Counted from the stretch's first letter, positions 31,221-45,824 are shown. The stretch: 64,000 nucleotides of DNA from an uncultured Planctomycetaceae bacterium (GCA_963785305.1 CAWAUV010000007.1:1376001-1440000); one strand, 5' to 3'. Notes: generated from the sequence alone by a model not told the origin. Numbers and translations are program-made.

Positions 31221-32469
31221 CAGGGTCGCTCATTCTTTCAAGATGCCGAGTCTGGTGAGGAGGCGGTCGACTCGGGCGGCGTTTTCTCGCAGAGTTTGGG
31301 CGATTTGGGTGCATCCTAGCGATCGTAGGAGGGTAAGGCCCGCATTGCGGAGCGTGCTGAACGCCTGGGGCGCGCTGCCCTTGCGGATTCGGCAGGCGTC
31401 CTCGCCCAGAACCACGTCGCGAACCCAGTGGGACTTGTTTTCGATGCCCCAGTGCCCGCGCCACCAGCCCAGCAGGTCGGCGGCCGAGCCTTTGGGTCGT
31501 GGCGCTGGAAATGGCATACGCCACTTCGTGGGTCTGAATGCCCTTGCGCCAGGTCGTGCGGTCGAGTCGGCAGACCTGCTCCAGGCCGGGCCAATCCAAG
31601 TGCTTCGCCAACCGGGTCGAAGCTTGCAGAGAGCGATGTTCTCGCCGGCCGTGTCCCTTGTTCAACGTTTCGGCGACATCGAGATGGGATTGGCGTTGCT
31701 TCTCGTTATAGGGGGGAAAAGGCCGGCTCGAACTCGGCGGCGATGGCCTGCATTAGAGTCGGCTGATTGTCTTTGACCACCAGGAGATAATGCCCGCCGC
31801 CGTCGATGATTTTCTGGCAGATCTCGCGCTGACACAGCAGGGCGTCGCCCGTGATGACGCGGCCTTTCAAGACGATCGTTTCCAAGAGTTCCGGCGCGGC
31901 GGTGATCTCGTTGGTCTTGCCATCGACTTCCATCTGACTCAAGACATAGCCGGTTTCTTGGTCGTACAAGGACAGCAGATGGGCCGTCCGTCCGTGCGCG
32001 TTCAGCACTCCGCACAGGGACTTGCCATCCATCGCGACGGCGGACAACTTTGCCTCATCCACAACCTCGCCCAGTTGCGACTCGACCCATTCTCGCACGC
32101 ACTGCTCTAAAATCACGGGGTCGAGGGCCAGGATCAGATCACGGAAGGCATTGGCGCAAGGAGGCTTGCGCCAATAGCCCAGCAACCACCAGATTTTTCG
32201 GTCCTGCGACGCGATCCAATCGGCGATCGCCTTGTAACCTCGGTGGCCGCAAAGGATTCCGCAAACCACGGTGGCCATCATGGCCGAGAGCGAAAAGCGT
32301 CGCCCCCGCCGCCCACGAGGATCGGGAATCCGCGACAAGAAATCGAGCAGACTCGTTGCTTCGGCAGTCGCCATGCAAGCATCTCCAGCAGAATAAAGGT
32401 GAGTGGACGCACGTACACACTCATCCTACGCGGGAGACTTCCGCTAGACTAGAACAATGATTGGCCCTG
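31221..32469 (-). mobile_element. ISAs1-family IS, copy 2, nearly identical to copy 1
   Basis: Same IRs; 10-bp DR GAATCGCGTC at 31211-31220 and 32470-32479; transposase at 31230..32374. Confidence 0.93.
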
Positions 32470-32558
32470 GAATCGCGTCGTTCTCGCTTTACATTCGCGC
32501 CGCGCCGAGAGATAACGAAGGAAGGTCCCGGCTTGCTTTGTCTTAAGGAATCGGATCG

Positions 32559-33719
32559 ATGAATGCACTGGTGCTGATGATCGCCGCGTCGACCGTGGGA
32601 ATCGATGTGGGCTGGGTGCCGCTGCCCGAGGGTGGCGTGGAATACATCCTGCAGATCGAACCCGATTTGGTCGACACGCTGCTCAAGAAACAAGACCTGC
32701 TGAGCACGATTCCCGCGGGCCTCGATGTGCGGAGTTTTCGCGTGACCGTGGGCTCCGGCAAGCTTCCTCGCCAAAACGCGGCCGGCGCCGCCGCGCCCAC
32801 GGCGGCTGGAGCTGGCGCCGCGGCGGCGAGCGCGCCGCCAGCAACCGGCTTGCCGCCCGGAATGACGCCGCCAGTTTCAGCGACTCCGGCCGGTCCAACC
32901 GCGCCCGGCGGCTCGATGCCGGCAACCATAGCGCCTGGGTCCGTGATTCCACTGGGTCCGCCGCCCGGCAACGGCGCGCCCGCGGGTAGCCCGCGCGGCG
33001 GTCCGGGGCCAAGCAACCCGAGCGCGCCCAATGGCCCGAATGGTCCGGCGCCCACGACCGACTTTCCGCTCGGCGCCGCTTCGGCGGCGGGTGGCGCTTT
33101 GGCCGGCGCGGCGACGGGCGCGAACAATGGCGCCGGCCCAAGTCTCGACTCGGCCACGGGTCCGCTGGGCAAAAAGGAACGCGACGCGGTCAGCCGCGCC
33201 CTTGATGACCCCAACGCCCCGGGCCGCTCGCTCGCGGGCGACAACACCTCGCAGCCACATCTCACGCCCGGCGAAATGGCGACACGCGGCCGCGATGGCG
33301 ATCTCAATGCGATGGGCGCCGGCTCGATGTTGGCGTCGGCCCACGAAGCCAATCGGCCTTCGGAGTTCGATCGTGGCCTGAATGCCACGACGCCGCAGTT
33401 TCCCAACAATTTCGCCCCGAGCGGCAACAATTTCGGCCCCAACCCGAACGGGCCGACGATGAACGGCCAGAATCTGAACAATGGCGCGGGCGGCCGCGGC
33501 TATAGCAATCCGGGCGAACGCGTCGACAATGGGAACATGGCATCGGCGACCCGGGCGCCGGAGCCGGTGGAAAAGCCCTGGCCGACTTTGATCTTCACCG
33601 TGACATTGCTCTTGGCGTCGGTGTCGCTGAACTTCTATCTCGGCTGGGTCGCCTATGATTCGCGTTTTCGATATCGCGAGCTCCTGGCCCAGTCGAGCGA
33701 CATGCCGCTGCCGGTGTAG
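32559..33719 (+). CDS. Low-complexity (Pro/Gly/Ala/Asn) exported protein with C-terminal TM helix
   Basis: Hydrophobic N-terminus, GIDVGW..GGVEYILQIEP, and C-terminal LLLASVSLNFYLGW..RYR. Confidence 0.7.
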   Translation: MNALVLMIAASTVGIDVGWVPLPEGGVEYILQIEPDLVDTLLKKQDLLSTIPAGLDVRSFRVTVGSGKLPRQNAAGAAAPTAAGAGAAAASAPPATGLPPGMTPPVSATPAGPTAPGGSMPATIAPGSVIPLGPPPGNGAPAGSPRGGPGPSNPSAPNGPNGPAPTTDFPLGAASAAGGALAGAATGANNGAGPSLDSATGPLGKKERDAVSRALDDPNAPGRSLAGDNTSQPHLTPGEMATRGRDGDLNAMGAGSMLASAHEANRPSEFDRGLNATTPQFPNNFAPSGNNFGPNPNGPTMNGQNLNNGAGGRGYSNPGERVDNGNMASATRAPEPVEKPWPTLIFTVTLLLASVSLNFYLGWVAYDSRFRYRELLAQSSDMPLPV

Positions 33720-33805
33720 TTGCCGACACGTGCAGTTGCCGATACAAGTGGCCCGGCTCGGAACGGGAACCTGTTGCCCGCGACCTTAGCTTGTTGCCCG
33801 CGGCG

Positions 33806-34248
33806 TCACGGATCGCGGGTGGATTGGGTGTCGCCATCGGCGGGCCAAGCGAGTCCCTGGGCCACATTCCAGTTGTAAGTGCGCTCGAAAGCGCGGCAGA
33901 CCACGCTGGTTAGTTGATGTCGCGTGATCGGCTTCGAGAGCACCGAAAACGCCTCGGCCGACTGGGCCTCGCGAACAAGCACTTCGTCGAGGCCGGCCGA
34001 AAGCAAAATGCACGGCAGCCGGAGCCGCAGTTGCCTGACCCGCTGGATGGTTTCGAGCCCGGTGAGCCGCGGCATGTGCATATCGAGCAGCACGAGATGC
34101 ACATCCTGGCTCAAGATCACCTCGAGCGCTTCCTCGCCGTTTTCGGCCAAGAGCGTGCGAAATCCGCGCCCTCGAACACCGACCGCAGCGTCTCCCGAAA
34201 CTGACGGTCGTCGTCGGTAATCAGAATCGAGGGGTCGGCCAGTCGCAT
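33806..34248 (-). CDS. Single-domain response regulator, frame break
   Basis: ILITDDD, LLDMHMP, LSA, KP. Confidence 0.85.
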
Positions 34249-34601
34249 CGTAGCGCTCAACGAATGGGCAAGGGGGGAAATCAATCCGGCGACGCGGAAA
34301 ATCGACCGCATTAGCCGTTCTCGGCAAAGGTTCCCTTCGGAAAGACCATATAGCAATTTTCGCGCCGATCGTTTGCCAAGCCGGCGAATCGCACCGACGC
34401 TTGCTATTAAGTTCAATCGACAGAAAAGCTTATATCACACGAGCCCAAGTCAAGGAATACCGGCCAGCACTCTTGGGGCGAACGACGGGACCGGAGGGCG
34501 CCTGCCAAACAGGCAGCAACCCCTGAACGCCTGAAGTTCATCTTATTTCGGGCAAAATGCCTCCGCAACCGCTCGGCCCGCACTACTCGACGCCACGAGT
34601 T

Positions 34602-35618
34602 TCAGGCTCCGGCCATGTGCTCCATCGCGTAGTGCGCCCGAATCGATTGAAATTCGTCCTCGACCGCCAGAAAAGCATCGACCACGTCGGGGTCGAAGTG
34701 GCTTCCCGAGCCGTTCAGAATAATGTCGCGCGCCGTGCGGTGCGAAAAGGCGTCTTTGTACGACCGCTTCGAGGTGAGCGCGTCGTAAACATCGGCCACG
34801 GCCACGATTCTGCCGCAGAGCGGAATATCCTGCCCAGCCAAGCCCAGCGGGTAGCCGCTGCCATCGAATTTTTCGTGGTGCGTGGCGGCGATGTTGCATG
34901 CCATGCGCAAGAATGTCGCCTCGGGATATTCCTCGAGCGCTTCGCCCAGGGTTCGGGCGCCGAGCACCGTGTGCTGCTTCATGATCTCGAACTCCTCGGG
35001 CGTGAGCCGGCCCGGCTTCAAGAGCACACTGTCGGGCACGCCCACTTTGCCGATATCGTGGAGCGGGCTGGTGAGGTAAATGAGCTTGATGAACTTGGCG
35101 TCGATCTGGCCAGCGAACTTCGGCAGCTTGGAAAGTTCCTTGGCGAGCAACTGCGAGTAAGAGCGCACCCGTTCGAGATGGGCGCCGGTGTCGGCGTCGC
35201 GCGATTCGGCGAGTTTGGCCATCGCGAAAATCGCCATGTCCCGAGTTTCCAGCGAGAGCACTCGCTCGCCGGCCCGGATGCGAACCAAGAGCTCTTGCGG
35301 ATCGAACGGTTTGGTGATGAAGTCATCGGCGCCGGCCGACATGCCTTCGACGATCTTTTGCTTGCCGTCGTGGCTCGTGAGCAGGATCACATAGACATAG
35401 CCCGATGACTCTCCATCGCGCAGCCGCTTGCAAAGCTCGATGCCGTCGACCTCGGGCATGTCCCAGTCCGAGATGACCATGCGACAGGGCTCGGTGGCGA
35501 GCACATCGAGGCGCTTCGCGCCGTCGTTGGCGGTGATCACTTCGTGGCCCGCGGCGGCCAGGGTGTTCGCCAGCAATTCGAGCGAGATTTCGTCGTCGTC
35601 GACAATGAGAATTTTCAT
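34602..35618 (-). CDS. REC + HD-GYP c-di-GMP phosphodiesterase
   Basis: REC domain, LHDIGK, HHEKFDGSGYP, ADVYDALTS. Confidence 0.93.
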   Translation of the reverse strand: MKILIVDDDEISLELLANTLAAAGHEVITANDGAKRLDVLATEPCRMVISDWDMPEVDGIELCKRLRDGESSGYVYVILLTSHDGKQKIVEGMSAGADDFITKPFDPQELLVRIRAGERVLSLETRDMAIFAMAKLAESRDADTGAHLERVRSYSQLLAKELSKLPKFAGQIDAKFIKLIYLTSPLHDIGKVGVPDSVLLKPGRLTPEEFEIMKQHTVLGARTLGEALEEYPEATFLRMACNIAATHHEKFDGSGYPLGLAGQDIPLCGRIVAVADVYDALTSKRSYKDAFSHRTARDIILNGSGSHFDPDVVDAFLAVEDEFQSIRAHYAMEHMAGA

Positions 35619-35713
35619 GGGCTTTTATGATCTAGTTGCCGGCAGCCGCGGCTGCTTTCATGGGTTCTATTGGGTCACGCGCCGTATCAAGGCGCCCTGG
35701 GGGCCAAATTTCC

Positions 35714-38375
<2,662 letters not shown>

Positions 38376-38727
38376 GCGAAAACCCGAACCTTCCGCGCAA
38401 GAGGGCCAAATGCATCGCGCGAAGTCGATGCATTCTCGATAAACCAACGCATTCGCGCTTCGCGACGTGCTTCCACCTAAAGCACGGCCCGACGCCAATG
38501 GCAGCAATTTGAGAAACAATGAACCCTAGCACGTGGCAAAAAACGGCACGCGTTCGACGCCCCGCACAAGGTCGTGAAAACGACGAAATCGGAGAATAAC
38601 AATAGCGGCTATGCACATTCGCCCGACTTTATCGCCGTCGGCGCCGCGAATCGTGATCCGCCTTATCCGACTTCGCCGTGCGCGATAATACAGCCCTTGC
38701 CCCGTGCCGGAATAATCCGTGGGATCG

Positions 38728-39798
38728 TTAGGGTTGGGCGTCGCGGGCGCAGCGAAATCCGATATCCTCGCGCGCCACGCCTGGCGCCAAGTGATCGCGC
38801 ATGCACCTTGAGCCCGCGGCTCGAGTTCTCCGGCGCTCAGCCAGGATCCGCCGCGTAGAGCTGCGCGCCTCGCCCTGGGCCGGACCGCGCGGATTGCGCG
38901 TCGGCGCGTATTGATAATAGTCGGAGGCGTGCCAATCGGCGCACCATTCCCACACATTGCCGGCCATGTCGTGCAAACCGAATCGATTGGCGCGAAACCA
39001 GCGCACCGGCGCGACTCCGGTAAATCCATCGCTCCCCAAATCACGATCGGGAAACCAGCCTTGCCAGTAGTTGGCTTCGTAGCGGCCCTCGGTTCGCAGG
39101 TCCCGGCCCCAGGGATAATCGGCATCGGCGAGCCCGCCCGCGGCGGCGCATTCCCATTCGGCCTCGGTCGGCAGCCGCTTGCCCCGCCACTTGGCGAAAG
39201 CCTGGGCATCGCTCCAAGAGACTTGCGTCACGGGTTCGTCGAGGGCGGCCGTGTCATGACCGTTGGGCATGCGCCATGAAGCGCCCCGCGTGGGCCGCCA
39301 ATGACGCGCCGCGCCATCGAAGACCCACGAATAACCCGCGCGCTCGGCGGTGGTGGCATATCCGGTCGCGGCGACAAAGCGCGAATATTCGCTCCGAGTG
39401 ACTTCATGCACGTCGATCCAGAAGCGATCGAGTTCCGTTTCATGGCGGGGCCATTCGTCGTCGGCGCCGAGCGACGCGCCCATCCAGAATCGACCGCCGG
39501 AGATCAACACCATGTCGTCGGGAGTATTTTCGTCGTCCTTGGCGCCGGAAAAGTCGCGGTTATCGAGCGGCGCGGCGTCGGAAGAGGACGGGGATCGACG
39601 CTCGCCGCGGCCCAAGTTGAGCAGCGCGGGCGAGATTCGAAGCCGCGATTCGCCCGAAAAGCGAGGTCCTTGCAAGGTCCAAAGCAGCCCGGCGCCGGCC
39701 AAGGCCATGAACGCGACGAAGCCGATCCGCGGGCCGACGAAGCGACGGCGAGCGCGGGCAGGTTTTCCAAACACACGCGGCGCCGGTTGACCCATCAT
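38728..39798 (-). CDS. Formylglycine-generating-enzyme (SUMF1) family protein
   Basis: FWMG, HEVT, RLPTEAEWE, DMAGNVWEW, GFRCA. Confidence 0.9.
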   Translation of the reverse strand: MMGQPAPRVFGKPARARRRFVGPRIGFVAFMALAGAGLLWTLQGPRFSGESRLRISPALLNLGRGERRSPSSSDAAPLDNRDFSGAKDDENTPDDMVLISGGRFWMGASLGADDEWPRHETELDRFWIDVHEVTRSEYSRFVAATGYATTAERAGYSWVFDGAARHWRPTRGASWRMPNGHDTAALDEPVTQVSWSDAQAFAKWRGKRLPTEAEWECAAAGGLADADYPWGRDLRTEGRYEANYWQGWFPDRDLGSDGFTGVAPVRWFRANRFGLHDMAGNVWEWCADWHASDYYQYAPTRNPRGPAQGEARSSTRRILAERRRTRAAGSRCMRDHLAPGVAREDIGFRCARDAQP

Positions 39799-39877
39799 GG
39801 CGAAGCTTCCTTGCTCGCGATGTCATCGTGTTCAAGCGACCCGGCCCCAGTTTCGCGGAGCGGACGAGCCCCGGGCC

Positions 39878-40748
39878 TTATCCTCGGCGGCGTTGAAAGC
39901 GGCGGCTGGCCTGCTCCAGGGTCAAGCGTTCTTTTTTCGTCAGGCTGGCTTCGCCCGAGCGGCTGATCTTGGCCAGGATTTCGTCGACATGTTTGCGCAG
40001 GTCGTGGTCGTCCATCGGCTCGTCGGCATCGGGCTCATGGACGCGCAGCTTCGGGCCAAGGCGCCCTTGGAAGACCGCCCACTTCCGCGGCGGCAGCCAG
40101 CGGCCGAGGTTCAAGCGGCCGCGCCAGTAGACAAAGGCCCACGCCGCGCCGGCCAGATGCTGCGCCATGCGCCGTGTGGTCGCCGGGATTGGCGTTCAAG
40201 GCGCCGGAGAGGTCCATGACCAGGAACAGCACCCCCAGGGCCCAGGCCGGCATGGGAATGAATCCCATGAGTAAAATGCGGCGCTGCGGAAAGTTGAGCA
40301 CGAACAACATCACCACGGTCAAAATGCCGGCCGACGCGCCGAGCATCGGCGGGCCGTCTTGATGTCCGAACACAAGGCTGGGAATCACGAACGCCAAGCC
40401 GCCCAGTGCCACGCCCACCAGATAAAGCCGCAGAAATTCCATGCGGCCATACAGCGCCTCGATATCGACGCCAAAACACCACAGGCCGATCATGTTGAAC
40501 ACAAGATGCTGCAACCGGTGCGGATCGTGGGCGAATCCATAGCTCAGAAGCTCATAGAGCTTCCAAGGCTGGCGGAACACGTCGGGCGAGAGCTCCATCC
40601 AGTCGAAGAGCGACCGACCGAAAAACTGATTGCCTAGCAGCAGATTGGCCACATACGCGCCGACATTGATCAGGATCAGCGTCGCCACCATGCTGAGCGA
40701 GCCGGCCGCGCCCTCGGGGCGATAATAGTCGCGATCTTGGATGCCCAT
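39878..40748 (-). CDS. Rhomboid intramembrane serine protease, frame break
   Basis: HLVFNM, GASAG, HLAGA, and C-terminal VDEILAKISRSG. Confidence 0.9.
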
Positions 40749-40954
40749 GGAAGAATGCCGTCAAAAAAAATGAAGAACGGCCGGGACGCTCGAATCCACG
40801 CAGCAGCGTCGACTCCCCAGCGCCCCGCCCAGCACCCTATCTTAGGGTCCGGGGGCCGGCGGGTGGAGAGCGAAATTTCGCGGGGTCAAGCCACCCGCGC
40901 CGCTTCCGGGGCCGCAACTCGACCAATTCGCCCCAGTCTACCTCCGCGCTCCGA

Positions 40955-42073
40955 TCAGGGCGCCGCGGGCAGGGCGGCCTGTTCGCGACCCATTTGCAGA
41001 TCGATTTTTTCCGCGGCGTCGAGCTGCATTTTCGTGACGCTGGCGGCGGCGGCGCGCGTGGCCATGTACACCGCCTTCAATTCATTGCGCGCCACATCGA
41101 CCTGGGCGCGAAGTTGCTTCACGTAAACAGTGATCGCCTCTGCCTCGCGCGTGAAATTCTTGAGGTCCGATTCGAGATCGGCTTTTTCCTGCTCGCGATA
41201 CTTAACCTCCTCGGCCGCCTTGGCGGTGGCGCCTTCGACGCGAGGGATGTTCTCCTTGATGTCGACGATCTCCGCCTCGGTCAGCACGCGCCGCTGATTG
41301 TATTCGTGAAAGAGGTACTGGTAGTTACGCGGCTTGCGGTTCGCGTCGGCCATGGCCTCGATCGACTCTTTGGGCAGCATCGCCCGGCGCTCCTCGTCGC
41401 TGATCTCGGCGAGCGCCGCGGGATCGTCGATCGGCATGGTCTGGAAAATGGTCCAATCGCCCTTGCTATCCGCCAAATGCCGCAGATCCGAGGCGTCCAT
41501 CGGCAAGTTCGGCGCCAAGCCCACGGTCTTGCCCTTATCCGCCCGCGTGACTTTGAATTCGCCCAGATATTGGGCGCCATCAAACACGAACACGACCATT
41601 TTCTCCACGAGTCCATGCGGCTCGGGGCTGTTGATACTCAGGCTCACGGTTCCGTCGGCCGCTTTGATATTATTCACTTGCAAGTCGCGCCACGAGCCGC
41701 CACGCTCGCCGGCCAGCGCCCGCAATTGCAATTCGAGCTCGCGAATGCTTGGGCCCTTATATTCGGAACCCGGCGGCGAGTCGGCGGTGCGTCCGACCGG
41801 CTTGGCGCCAGACGACAGGAAATCGCCGTCGCTCACCTTGCGAATTTGGAGGTCGAGGCTCTCGATCTCTTTTTCCTCGGCTTTCGCCAGGGTGCGCCAA
41901 GCTTGATGCGTCTTGAGAGTGCGCGCGGCGAGATACGCGAAATAGATCGATATGCAGAACACAAAGAACATAATGACGATGTTGTAGATCCGCGTCGTCT
42001 TGTAACTCAAGAACGCGGCGACGAGGGCGATGACAATCGCCGCGAGCAGACCAATCTGGACGAACGTGCCCAT
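40955..42073 (-). CDS. Membrane-anchored coiled-coil hypothetical protein
   Basis: Two N-terminal TM helices and a C-terminal coiled coil. Confidence 0.65.
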   Translation of the reverse strand: MGTFVQIGLLAAIVIALVAAFLSYKTTRIYNIVIMFFVFCISIYFAYLAARTLKTHQAWRTLAKAEEKEIESLDLQIRKVSDGDFLSSGAKPVGRTADSPPGSEYKGPSIRELELQLRALAGERGGSWRDLQVNNIKAADGTVSLSINSPEPHGLVEKMVVFVFDGAQYLGEFKVTRADKGKTVGLAPNLPMDASDLRHLADSKGDWTIFQTMPIDDPAALAEISDEERRAMLPKESIEAMADANRKPRNYQYLFHEYNQRRVLTEAEIVDIKENIPRVEGATAKAAEEVKYREQEKADLESDLKNFTREAEAITVYVKQLRAQVDVARNELKAVYMATRAAAASVTKMQLDAAEKIDLQMGREQAALPAAP

Positions 42074-42313
42074 AGACCTCGATCGGGGGCGAACGCGCCG
42101 CGGCGGCCGAAAATCAGCCTTCGCAAGCGTCGCGCCGCTGGATCCGCGCCAGCAAACAGAGGAAAAGACGATAAAAGTGCGACGCCCTCGGGCGCCGAAC
42201 AGGGGTCGAAACACGGTGTCCGACCGGCCCAAGGCGACTCCTCGATCATAAGTAGAGCCCCGGGGGGCGTCAAGTTTTACGCCGCCTGCCCAAACCGGCG
42301 CCGCTCAAGGGCC

Positions 42314-43521
42314 TCACGACCCGAGTAATCCGTCGGACCGAGCCCGGTCCAGCGCCTCAGTTAGCCCCGCCACCATCGCCCGGGTGTGGTCGTAGCAGAG
42401 GCTAATCCTAAGCAGCGACTCGCCCACGGGCACCGAGGGCGGACGAATGCCCGGCACGAGAAACCCCGTCTCGGCGAGCCGGCGGGCGATTCGCATCGTG
42501 GCCCCGGCCTCGCCGACCACCAGCGGAATGATCGGACCCGCGGAGTCGAGCAGTCGCCAGCCCGCGGCCCGGAGCGAGGCGCGCAGCTCCGCGGCCCGGG
42601 CAAGCAGCGCGCGCCGCCGCTCGGGCTCCGTCTCGATGATCTCGAGCGCCGCGAGCGCCGCGGCGGCTAGTGGCGGCGCGAGCGCGGTCGAAAACACATA
42701 GGGCCGGGCGCGGTTGATGATCCAGTCGATGAGCAGGCGTTGGCCCACGACAAACCCGCCCTGGGCGCCGAGACTCTTGCTGAGCGTGCCGACGCGAACA
42801 TCGATCCGCCGCTCGACACCCAGCAGCTCGCAAGCTCCGCGTCCGCCGGCGCCAAACACGCCGGCGCCATGCGCGTCGTCGACAAGCGTCATGCAGTCGT
42901 GGCGCTCGGCCAAGCGCGCGAGATGATCGAGCGGCGCGAGATCGCCGTCCATGCTGAATACGCCATCGGTCACGATCAGCCTTCGGCCCGCGCGCGAGGA
43001 TTGCTCCGCCAGCAGCCGCCTTAGGGCGCGCCAGTCGCAGTGGGGATAGATCACCACCTCGGCGCGCGAGAGGCGGCAGCCATCGATCAGACTGGCGTGG
43101 TTCTTGCGATCGCTATAGATCACATCGCCCGGGCCGACGAGCGACGTGATCGCCCCGATATTGGCGGCATAGCCCGAGGGAAAGAGGATCGCGCGTTCGG
43201 CATGTTCGAATTCCGCCAGGCGCCGCTCGAGCCGGTCGTGGTGGGCGCCGTGGCCGGTCACGAGCGGACTCGCTCCGGCGCCGCAACCGGCCACTTCGAG
43301 CGCTTGCGCGCGGCGGCGATCAGTCGCGGATCGGCGGCCAGCGAGAGATAGTCGTTCGAGCCGAAGTTGACGAGCCGGCGGCCATCGATCGTAAGCTCGG
43401 CTTGTTGCGGGCCTTCATGTGTGCGCAGCGTGCGGCGCAGGTCGGCCTCGTCGAGCGACCGGAAGGCGCCTGCGAGCCAAGCGAGTCGCCGCGATGCGGA
43501 GTTCGAGTCGTCGCCGCGCAT
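42314..43521 (-). CDS. bioF: 8-amino-7-oxononanoate synthase, frame break
   Basis: FGSNDYL, NHASLIDG, FSMDGD, DDAHG, GTLSK, IRPPSVP. Confidence 0.9.
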
Positions 43522-44116
43522 AGCCGAGTCCGCCGTCAGGACCGTGCCGAGCGCTGGCCGCGCCCCGCACAGCCGCTTTTTGCTTGGCGACTTTCTGCTT
43601 AACGGACTTTGGCAAGGGGGCTTTTTGCGATTGGCCGTTCGACGCATGGGCCAAGGATAGAATAATGTCGAACTCCTTGGCCGCCACCGGTTGCACACTC
43701 AAGCGCGAGCCGCGCTTGAGCAACTCCATCGATTCGAGCCCCTTCACGCCGCGGAGCGCCTCGAGCGGCAGCGGCCGGCTAAACGCCTCGACATAGCGAA
43801 TGTCGACCATTTGCCAGATCGGATTCTCGGGCGACGACTTGGGGTCGAAGTGATCGTCGGCCGGGTCCAAGGCCGTGTGGTCGGGATACGCTTCGCGCGA
43901 CACCACGGCCCGGCCCACGATCGCCGGCGGCTCGGCGTTGGAGTGATAATAGAGCACCTCGTCGCCGAGCTTCATGCCGTCGCGCATGAAGTTTCGCGCT
44001 TGGTAGTTGCGCACACCGCTCCAGCAGGTCGCGCCACCGGGCGCGGCGGCGAGATCGGCGATCGAAAAGCAGTCGGGCTCCGATTTCACGAGCCAGCAAT
44101 GTCGTGGTCGGCCCAT
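43415..44116 (-). CDS. EVE domain protein; 3' end uncertain
   Basis: WLVKSEP, WSGVRNYQARN, YYHS, SRLSVQPV. Confidence 0.88.
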   Translation of the reverse strand: MGRPRHCWLVKSEPDCFSIADLAAAPGGATCWSGVRNYQARNFMRDGMKLGDEVLYYHSNAEPPAIVGRAVVSREAYPDHTALDPADDHFDPKSSPENPIWQMVDIRYVEAFSRPLPLEALRGVKGLESMELLKRGSRLSVQPVAAKEFDIILSLAHASNGQSQKAPLPKSVKQKVAKQKAAVRGAASARHGPDGGLGYARRRLELRIAATRLARRRLPVARRGRPAPHAAHT

Positions 44117-44169
44117 GCTCGCAAAACCCTCGCACGAAAAATGTCTCGACGATTCTTATGCGCCGACGA

Positions 44170-44370
44170 CTACTTGCTCTTCTTCGACGCTTTCTTCTTG
44201 TTGCTTGCCTTGGCGGCCGATTTGTTCGACTTGCCCGGCCCGCTCGTGGCGGCGACGGTCGACTTCTTGCCGCTCGGCGCGCTGGCGGCTTTCTTCTTGC
44301 CGCTCTTGCCGAAAACCGATTCCCAACCGTTGGCGTATTTCTGATTGGTTCCCACTCGAACGATCGTCAC
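44170..44370 (-). CDS. Small Lys-rich basic protein
   Basis: AAGGA RBS, GTG start, MTIVRVGTNQKYANGWESVF followed by a K/A/S-rich tail. Confidence 0.65.
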   Translation of the reverse strand: MTIVRVGTNQKYANGWESVFGKSGKKKAASAPSGKKSTVAATSGPGKSNKSAAKASNKKKASKKSK

Positions 44371-44956
44371 AGGGCCATCCTTCACAAATAGAAAAACTGT
44401 TCGCCAAGCCACGCGCGGCCCGCGAGGGGCCGACCGCCGCGAATGTTCGCCGGCTCGGCGCGGTTCAGACAAGCGGCGGCGAAAATGCATTAGAGCCAAA
44501 CCGCCGAACCGGTCAAGCGCCCAGCCGCGAGTTTTTCGCAGCGGCGGTAACGCGCCTCGCACGTCATTGCTGCCCCATCGTCGTTCCGCATCTCCGAAGC
44601 GGCGCAGTCCCCGCGAAAAATCGCGGGAGGAATAGCGATGGCTCATTGCGGCAAAGATGAATCGCGATATCTTCCGCGAGAGCTCGGCCAGCGTGGCCAA
44701 GAAGTTTTATCAAGGATTGGACAGCAATGTGAATGCCGTGAAATAATCGGCGAGCCAGCATTAAGCACATATCGCGATGAAATGCGGCTCGGCAATTACG
44801 CCCAGGCGTCGCGGCGTCGAGAATGTCGACTTCGATGCGGTGACGGCGCGCGACAAGCAAGAGCTCAAGGAGCGTTTGACGCGCGCTTGCCAAAAAAACG
44901 CTCCTCCCGTTCCGCCGAACGGCCGGGCACCGCTTTAACCATTTCCGAGGACGCCG

Positions 44957-45824
44957 ATGTACTCGTTTTCGATTCTCCAGTGGCTGCAAGACTGCGAAGA
45001 CCCACCGGCCACCCCCGAGCGTTTAGAAGCACTGGAAATCGAACTGGGCGTCCAATTTCCCAAGGAGTATTTCGACTTCCTCTTGCAGTTCAACGGCGGG
45101 AATTTCAAACGTCCGGTGATGGGCTGTGTGCCCAATCCCGTGCCGCCGTTTTTATACGAGTTCATATTAACTGGATTTTTTGGTGTCCCAGGCGACCGCA
45201 GCACGGGTAACTCCTTGGCGGATTGGGCTCGCGGTTTTTCGGGGCGCATTCCCGACGATTGCTTAGCGATTGCGTCTTACGGTGGAATCCGAACTCGTGT
45301 TGCTGCAAGTTTCGGGGGCCTTGTCCGAACGCGGCAGTGTATGGTACCGCGGAGAATCCAGGGAACCTGGAGGCGACAACATCCACTGGCTCGCCGATGC
45401 GTTCCCCGATTTCCTGACGATGATCGAACCCGACACCGAAATGGGATACAGCGAGTCCGAAGTCCTCCCGCTATTTTTGTCCGTCGAACGAGGCCGGCTG
45501 CGGGACGTTGAGCAGTTCTTGGCCCAGGGGGGCGACATCGAAACTAGCAACGCCAAGGGCATGACCTTGCTCGCGGCCTCCGCCCGGTACTCTTGGCCCA
45601 AAATCGTGAGCCTGCTTTTGGCTCGCGGCGCCGACCCAAATGCTCGCGACTTGGCCGGCAAAACACCCCTGCATCACGCCGCCGCGGCTTCCTACGACAA
45701 TATAAAGCTGTTGCTCGCCGCCGGCGCCGACGCCACGGCCCGCGATCGCGAAGGCGCGAGCGTCCTGGCCGGCTGGTCCTACCGCGCCGATAAAATGCTG
45801 CGGGCCCACGGCGCGACGGAATAG
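44957..45824 (+). CDS. SMI1/KNR4 (SUKH) + ankyrin-repeat protein, frame break
   Basis: LEALEIELGVQFPKEYFDFLLQFNGG, then GADPNARD..GKTPLH. Confidence 0.8.
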
